Assembly (NCBI GenBank): GCA_964019335.1
Contig: OZ025715.1
Location: 124,001 to 188,000, forward strand
Source: Diplonema japonicum
Taxonomy: Eukaryota > Protista > Euglenozoa: Diplonemea
Direction of reading: 5' to 3'
Length of the DNA: 64,000 bases
Positions 59,101-64,000 of the stretch are shown here, piece by piece. The notes beneath the pieces were generated by a model. It saw nothing but the letters and a program-made list of their open reading frames with translations. It did not search any database and was not told the origin of the DNA. Position numbers and translations under genes: made by a program. Within the stretch, counting starts at the first letter, position 1, and each line of letters begins with the position of its first letter.

Positions 59101-62100
59101 AACGACGAACTGGGGTCAAGGTCCCCGTCCGAGTCACGTAGGTCTACGCGGCTTGGAATTAAAGTAATTCAGCCCTCTTCGGCTGTTCCAAACAGGTGCA
59201 CGGGTTGGCGGAGTCCACAGCTCCATCTGATTGCAGAAGAACTGGTCTTCGCCCTCCCTGTAATATTTCCATGCTTCCCTTCACCTTTCCCCTTCCCAGG
59301 TGTTGCTCCCCATGGTGGCACCTATTGGTATTTTGAAAAAAAAAAAAATCCGCGATCCGGCATAGTATAGTGGTTAGAACACCTGGCCCTCACCCAGGAG
59401 ACCGGGGTTCAATTCCCCGTGCCGGAATTTTTTCAAAGGGAAAATATCGTTCACGGAACAACACCTGGGGTGGCGTCGAATTTGCCAGTCTTACCAGGGG
59501 TAGGGGTGTCCCATTTAGACACTCGTTGGGGGGTGTCGGTGACTGCCCCGGCGTCCCACTCTTGCTTCACCTCGGTCTTGGCCTCTTCAGTTGGCTCTGC
59601 TGTCTCCTCGGCAGGGGTATCCCATCTGCCTTTCTTTGCTGGTTTATCTGCTTCCTCATTTTTAACCTCCGCGTAAGTCCGGCCAGTGGTGTCATCGTCT
59701 GCAAAGTTGTCCCGTCTGGCAGGGGAGAGGGCCCGGTCGTACCGCCGCTTCATGTACTCGGTCTCCCTGTCGCCGATAGTTTTCCGCTTGCGCTCCAGCA
59801 TGGGGTCGGCTTCCTCTTGCGCTTCTAACGCTTCCTGTACAAAACCTCTTCTCGTCACTTCGTCTTCCTCTTCGTCCTCGTCCATGATTGTTTGATTAAA
59901 CTGCTCCTTGCTTCCTGTTCCATACAAATCCGTGTCGTAGGTGTCCCCCGCCTTCGTAGAGAGGAACGCCTTGTTCTTGTCATCCTTCGCCATTGTTTTT
60001 TTTTCTTTTTTTTTCTCCTTCCCCCTTTCCTTTGCCATAGGTGTTAGAAAAGGACATCGAACCCCCCCTATGTAGATGGGCCCTGGAGTGTTATGGGTTA
60101 AAAACTAATGCAAAGCTCACTGCTGGTCGACTTGGAGAAGGCATGGTCCGCGTGGGTGTATAGCGCAGAGGAAAGGCACATGACGCACTGCGAACTAATG
60201 CACAAGCAGTCGTATCCAAGCGGTTAAGGAGGTGGACTAGAAATCCATTGGGCTCTGCCCGCGTAGGTTCAAATCCTGCCGACTGCGGTTTTTTTTACAA
60301 CCAACCAACCAACCACAACACAAACAGGGGATGTCAGGTGTTTTAATCAAACTGTTGACTACAGGAGGCGACGAAATAGTCCCTGGTGACAACAAGTCGG
60401 TGCAAAATGTATGTCCAAGTGTATTAGCTCACAACAACAGGCAAGTTGCGCAATACTGCGATTAATATTAACAAAGGAGGGAGGTGACGTGGGGTGCAGC
60501 ACAGGACAAGTTGTCGAACTGCTAGAAAAAAACTGTCGTGGGGCATCTGTTCTTGCCGTGGCAATGGCTGCCAGAAGCGGGAGAACAATAATACCGGAGT
60601 TATTGCGGGTAGGGAACGAAAGCTCGCTTGCTGCGTTGAGAGAGGTTTTGAAAGTGAACCCAGAGCTGAAGGATGACGAGAACATGTCAAAGAAGATAGT
60701 CGAAACAGTAATTTCCAATGAAAAAACATTGGAAGGTGCTGACGGTCTCCTTTGTGAGCTACCACAAGCACTGTCGGTCCCCAGTCTGCTGCGTATTATT
60801 CATCGATCTGGGAACAAAAAACTGAGAACAGCAGCAGACTCGTCTCTTACGTCTATTGCAGCAAGGTGTGGGGATTCGTCGGAATTCTTGCACACAGTGA
60901 CAAACATTGTTCTCACACACCAACGGGCAATCGGTGAAGCATTCAGTTCCAAGGGTGGCGAGAGGGACCCTCTCGCCAACCCACCACCACAGAACCCTGC
61001 TGACATCTCAACAGATACAACCTCCCCTCGCGACACCCCCATTGCTAAACAAGCCCTTACATATATCAAAGCGTGGTGTGACCACGTCAAAAACTGGGAA
61101 AACCTAATTGACGATGTGTGGGCGATATTTTTCTCGAACGCTTCTGAAGAGTTCATGGTCTCAGCCGTGTGCACTATTGTTGGCCCGGTTGCTGCAGAGA
61201 AGTGCAACATGACCTGCTTCCTCAAGACTGTAAAGCACCGCCTTATCACACCGCAGATTTCATCGGGTGAAGAACCGCAGATATTCGACAAACTAGCACC
61301 ATTCTTAATTTTGCGACCCCTGAGGCATGTAGCGGAGGATGCCGAGCTTGTCCAAATCGTCGTACGCTTTGCAAAAGACGAAGACCAACTTGCCGAGATA
61401 AGACGCATCAGCTGGGAATTCCTAAGCAGGGTAAGACCAATAGACGCTAACATTAATAATCTGTTAGATGGAGGCATGGAAAACGTGAATGAATTCAAGC
61501 TTAGGGTGTTCTTCGTGTGCAGTGCAGCGTCCCGTTTAGTGGGAGAGGAGATGCGCGAAAAGGACAAAAGCGATGTGGAATGCTTGCTAGCAACTGTAGA
61601 ACGCATGTCCAATCATCTACAGAGCTGTTCTTTCGCCACTGATGAGAAAGCAAAACTCGCTATCTTGGACGCATTCTCATTGACCTTGGCTGCAGCAGTA
61701 AGGTACGGTGTCAAGGCCTCACTTAATGTGTATAGCCCGAAAGTACTTGTGTCAGCTATTGCGTATTTGAGAAAGGCTGGCGTCGGAGTACCAAAGTGGT
61801 TTGTCAGCTCGCTTGTCGAGCACTGCACCACGAAACTGAGAACAGATGAGAAAGTCTTCTCGCCAGTCTGGCTCGAACTCCTCTTTAACATGGTGTACTC
61901 AGTGTCTGAAACTGAACTTGCACCGCACGTTGTTTCTCTATCAGAACTCTCCCTCAAAGGTATCGAACAACCTGTCAACGATACATCCCTAGCCGCTTCT
62001 CTCAAGCTCCTTGCGTCCCTTTTCGCCAAGGCTAGCGACAGTCTCAAAAACCTACCCTCTTGGTTTCTCCCTACCACTGCTCAAGCACTCACACGGATTG

Positions 62101-62171
62101 CCTCGAACCCCTCTCCGGATCCGCAGATCTCACAATTGGCATCCCAACTTCTCTCTATGCTTGTCAGTTAG
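41089..62171 (+). CDS. predicted ~935-aa HEAT/ARM-like protein, exons 41089-42025, 42067-42125, 60328-60408, 60441-62171 (18.2-kb second intron)
   Basis: All three GT-AG junctions are phase-compatible and give one stop-free frame; both halves are helical, Leu/Ala-rich repeat-like sequence. Confidence 0.6.
42167..42238 (-). tRNA. tRNA-Glu(CTC), C33
   Basis: Full cloverleaf TCCGGCA...CCTGG-CCCTCAC-CCAGG...TGCCGGA-A; T-run terminator; identical to 59356-59427. Confidence 0.92.
42250..42398 (-). mobile_element. 3' end + poly(A) of LINE family C upstream of minus-strand tRNA-Glu
   Basis: Reverse complement of the C 3' end seen at 51630-51770; poly(A) followed by taaatccgcga and then the tRNA. 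Confidence 0.85.
42397..42531 (+). mobile_element. 3' fragment of module B (to ~42456), then a 63-bp family-C 3' end (42469-42531) with 11-bp TSD attaaatactc
   Basis: TSD at 42458-42468 and 42532-42542, directly abutting tRNA-Lys. Confidence 0.85.
42543..42615 (+). tRNA. tRNA-Lys(CTT), C33
   Basis: GCCTCCC...CAAGG-CCCTTAA-CCTTG...GGTTCGAGCC...GGGAGGT-G; T6 terminator. Confidence 0.92.
42933..43709. mobile_element. non-autonomous piggyBac-like element (777 bp)
   Basis: TTAA|cccataacactcca ... tggagtgttatggg|TTAA with a 14-bp perfect TIR; internal RVCRLCP remnant resembles the piggyBac Cys-rich C-terminus. Confidence 0.8.
43819..50047 (+). mobile_element. near-full-length Ingi-like LINE (family A): ORF1 43865-~45440 (frameshifted), APE-RT-RNaseH-CCHC ORF 45362-~49336 (frameshifted near 3' end), ~700-nt 3' UTR, poly(A)
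   Basis: GGGV, GDFNAH, LDL, SDH (APE); YRPICLTS, QAGFR, GVPQGSVLGP, YADD, KYLGV (RT); YTDGS, FRAE, TDS, VPSHCGVPGNEAAD (RNase H); 5' flank TSD aactaatgcacaag 43805-43818. Confidence 0.92.
50140..50674 (+). mobile_element. module B copy 1 (~530 bp, structured, (ATT)n tail)
   Basis: Near-identical to 53606-54152 and 57566-58093; followed by TSD 50675-50688. Confidence 0.85.
50688..50769 (+). tRNA. tRNA-Ser(AGA)
   Basis: GCAGTCG...GTGGA-CTAGAAA-TCCAT, long variable arm, GTTCAAATC, CGACTGC-G; T5 terminator. Confidence 0.95.
50865..51410. repeat. palindrome/inverted-repeat cluster (MITE-like)
   Basis: 23-bp IR 50865-50887/51276-51298; three 21-bp tandem units 50908-50970; perfect 24-bp palindrome 50971-50994. 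Confidence 0.7.
51440..51772 (+). mobile_element. 5'-truncated LINE family C (3' UTR + poly(A))
   Basis: Near-identical to 57225-57565; last ~170 nt homologous to the family A 3' end. Confidence 0.85.
51779..54152 (+). mobile_element. 5'-truncated Ingi-like LINE family D (RT C-half + RNase H + CCHC, frameshift near 52845), followed by an A-tract and module B copy 2 (53606-54152)
   Basis: VVYADD, AKYLGV, YTDGS, YRCE, SDS, VPGHCGLPGNEQAD, ITRLRTG, CLSC...HHLLIGC; flanked by aaaaatc on both sides. Confidence 0.88.
54159..54392 (+). mobile_element. 5'-truncated family A 3' end + poly(A)
   Basis: Matches 49820-50040; aaaaatc on both sides. Confidence 0.88.
54400..54770 (+). mobile_element. putative 5'-truncated retroelement (family E) directly upstream of tRNA-Thr
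   Basis: Bounded by aaaaatc on both sides; ends ctggcagtggaac-A(n); no other copy in the window. Confidence 0.5.
54782..54853 (+). tRNA. tRNA-Thr(TGT), C33
   Basis: GGCGGCT...TTGGT-CCTGTAA-ACCAA...GTTCGATC...AGTCGCC-T; T7 terminator. Confidence 0.92.
55812..56390 (+). pseudogene. degenerate piggyBac transposase fragment
   Basis: IDNFYTGVTL (second catalytic-Asp motif) and RQC...T...ACTLHLCPACFADYH (C-terminal Cys-rich domain). Confidence 0.7.
56992..57565 (+). mobile_element. 5'-truncated LINE family C (ORF end + 3' UTR + poly(A))
   Basis: Starts right after taaatccgcga (56981-56991); ...SLDAGPAAPVLR* ORF end shared with family A. Confidence 0.85.
57566..58093 (+). mobile_element. module B copy 3
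   Basis: Near-identical to the other B copies; followed by taaatccgcga 58094-58104. Confidence 0.85.
58105..59345 (+). mobile_element. 5'-truncated family A LINE with intact C-terminal CCHC frame
   Basis: Matches ~48877-50040; TSD aaatccgcga at 58095-58104 and 59346-59355. Confidence 0.9.
59356..59427 (+). tRNA. tRNA-Glu(CTC), C33
   Basis: Complete cloverleaf; T6 terminator. Confidence 0.92.
59451..59993 (-). pseudogene. SF3B1: SF3B1 (SAP155) N-terminal fragment, 180 aa, no HEAT domain
   Basis: YDTDLYG, DPMLE...IGDRETEYMKRR...LSPARRDNFAD...RTYAEV, repeated RWDTP/KWDTP ULM-like motifs. Confidence 0.75.
60065..60290 (+). repeat. duplicate of the tRNA-Ser locus without the LINE insertion (= 43677-43818 joined to 50689-50772)
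   Basis: Identical 142-bp upstream flank with a single copy of aactaatgcacaag. Confidence 0.95.
60206..60287 (+). tRNA. tRNA-Ser(AGA)
   Basis: Identical to 50688-50769; T8 terminator. Confidence 0.95.
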
Positions 62172-62224
62172 TAGGAAGTTTTCGTCCCGCACTTTTTTTT
62201 CCTGGCCAAATACCGACACACAGT

Positions 62225-64000
62225 ATGTTGAAAAATGATGTACTCACGTTCCTTCCGACGAAGATCGACGAGCCCACGGTGATGGTTATGTGTGGGAGCA
62301 GCGATGAGGTGTACAAGCTTGCCGAGGAGCGTGGGAAGGTGAATGATATCATTCACTTCGATAGCATTGTGGGGATGGAGGCACAAGAAAAAGTCCTGGA
62401 GAGTGCTGTGTGCAAAGGTAAATGGGTTCTTCATCAAGAGACAGAGGACGATGTGTTACGGTGGTTGGCAAGGACTGTGCTTCCACGGTCGGCACATTTG
62501 TGCCACGAGGAGTTCCGGCTGTTCCTGATCGGAGACGACGCAAAATTTGCGCGCTTGCCAGCGATTCTACGCTCAGCGACGATTATAGTGCAGCCACCGC
62601 TTGGGAACGAACTCTGTGCACGTCATCTTTCTCAAGCCATCGAACACGGGAACGTCTATCGGATAGAACAGCATAAGGCAGGGGTTGCTTACTTAACAAT
62701 GAATGATCAAGTTTCAATCATGCGAAAGTGCGTCAGCGAAGCAGACTTCCTCGTGCTCCTCGATCACGCCGATATCAACAGCGAAGATAGGGATGGGTTT
62801 AGGTTCCTCGATGTTGCACTTGAAAAGCGGTACTTAGAAGCTGTGAAGAAAATATGCAGCAAAGGAGGAAAATCTGACTTAATTGACCTCCCGCTTCTTG
62901 CCTGCCCCGAGACACAGCACCTCTTGGATGCCGTCGTCAACGCAGAGAACGTACCATTCAACGAGCTGGCCGCAACGCACATTGCAGCAGAGTCCGGGAA
63001 CGAAAAAGTCCTCCGCGTTCTGTTCGATGCCTGTGCCGACAGAGCCTTCAACTACGACGACTATCCGCTCGGTAAAGTCGTGACACGCGACAGCAAGCAC
63101 CTCACGCAGATGGTTATCGATAGAATGGAGAGGGTAGGATTACACCCCTTCAGGACAGCACATATTTCCCTATTCTTCCTCTTGGACGTACTCACAAACG
63201 TCTCTCTGCTGACCGATTTCGGTGCAGAGATCTGTGAGAGATTCTGCAAATGTGTGCTTGAAGACGGGGCACTGCCATATGTTATCCCGTGTGAATGCAT
63301 TGAGAAGGCTAGTCGTGGGCACCCAAACCTGATGGGGGATCTTCTTGTCATTGCAGACGTGAAGAAAAACGCGGCAACAATGGTGGACTGGTACATTAAT
63401 AGACTCCCGACCCACCCACAGGCAGCGATGTGTGTGACTGAGTATGTCTCAAACACGTCGCCAGAGAGCTTGGAACGTCCAAATCTTTTGAAGAAGCTCG
63501 TGCTGAGGGGGTGCGAGGCGAGGAATTTGTTGGAAATTGTGCTGAAGTATGTCAAGACAACAGCGAGAATGGACATTGATGGGATCGAGATGTCGCCGTT
63601 GATGCTAACAACCGTGCTGCCAGGGTTTCCCACAGCGGCTGAGCTGATATTGGACAAGGACAAAGACCCCGATGCAAGGAACGAAACCGGGCTGAACGTT
63701 CTGCAGCAAACCGTCGTTGACATGACAATGTCTCCGTTGCCATATCTACCGCACTTGGAGAACTATGCTAGGATGTTCAGGTTGTTTATCGAGGCAGGTG
63801 TGGACACAGTGGTGGATGACGGGCATGGGTTCTCATCGTCTTTGTTCGGCTACTGTCAACGGTACGAGCTCGCTCCCGTCTGCTTTGAACTTTTACAAGT
63901 CAAGCAGTCCCCGAACATCATCCTGCTTTGCACACAAAACCTCCGTGCTTGCATGGTCAACTACGCCCGCACACGTACATCCTCACTTGAAACTTCTTGG
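62225..64000 (+). CDS. ankyrin-repeat protein with N-terminal dynein-heavy-chain D6/AAA6-like segment (3'-partial, absent from ORF track)
   Basis: Manual translation: MLKNDVLTF...AVCKGKWVLH...HEEFRLFL...ILRSATIIVQPP, then DINSEDRDG and ATHIAAESGNEKVLRVLF; no stop seen in the part translated by hand. Confidence 0.7.
   Translation, partial: MLKNDVLTFLPTKIDEPTVMVMCGSSDEVYKLAEERGKVNDIIHFDSIVGMEAQEKVLESAVCKGKWVLHQETEDDVLRWLARTVLPRSAHLCHEEFRLFLIGDDAKFARLPAILRSATIIVQPPLGNELCARHLSQAIEHGNVYRIEQHKAGVAYLTMNDQVSIMRKCVSEADFLVLLDHADINSEDRDGFRFLDVALEKRYLEAVKKICSKGGKSDLIDLPLLACPETQHLLDAVVNAENVPFNELAATHIAAESGNEKVLRVLFDACADRAFNYDDYPLGKVVTRDSKHLTQMVIDRMERVGLHPFRTAHISLFFLLDVLTNVSLLTDFGAEICERFCKCVLEDGALPYVIPCECIEKASRGHPNLMGDLLVIADVKKNAATMVDWYINRLPTHPQAAMCVTEYVSNTSPESLERPNLLKKLVLRGCEARNLLEIVLKYVKTTARMDIDGIEMSPLMLTTVLPGFPTAAELILDKDKDPDARNETGLNVLQQTVVDMTMSPLPYLPHLENYARMFRLFIEAGVDTVVDDGHGFSSSLFGYCQRYELAPVCFELLQVKQSPNIILLCTQNLRACMVNYARTRTSSLETSW

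Overview
Eukaryotic (protist) genomic DNA. All intact host genes lie on the + strand in a tightly packed array with homopolymer-rich spacers and very short (32-72 nt) GT-AG introns. This layout, together with Ingi-like LINEs and a spliced-leader-like 13-mer, suggests a euglenozoan such as a diplonemid (inference). Positions 0.9-41 kb and 60.3-64 kb hold ordinary genes: CFAP119-like, NAAA-like, RPB6, a PPP phosphatase, a PB1-UBA protein, a discoidin protein, an acid phosphatase, mannose-6-phosphate isomerase, a GH27 galactosidase, an axonemal-dynein-light-chain-domain protein, an ATM1/ABCB7-like transporter and ankyrin proteins. The main result is the island at 42.1-60.3 kb. It holds six tRNA genes, and five of them have non-LTR retroelement sequence inserted in the tRNA's own orientation, ending about 10-13 bp upstream of the mature tRNA 5' end. 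The target-site duplications are the tRNA leader sequence itself and differ between tRNAs. At least three to four element families stack serially at the same site, and a second tRNA-Ser copy provides an empty-site control. The whole island appears to lie in one 18.2-kb phase-0 intron of a HEAT/ARM-like host gene. Three of the four tRNA species also carry C33 instead of the near-invariant U33. piggyBac relics, foldback hairpins, a truncated antisense SF3B1 fragment and a 200-N gap are also present. All calls come from manual reading; no searches were run.
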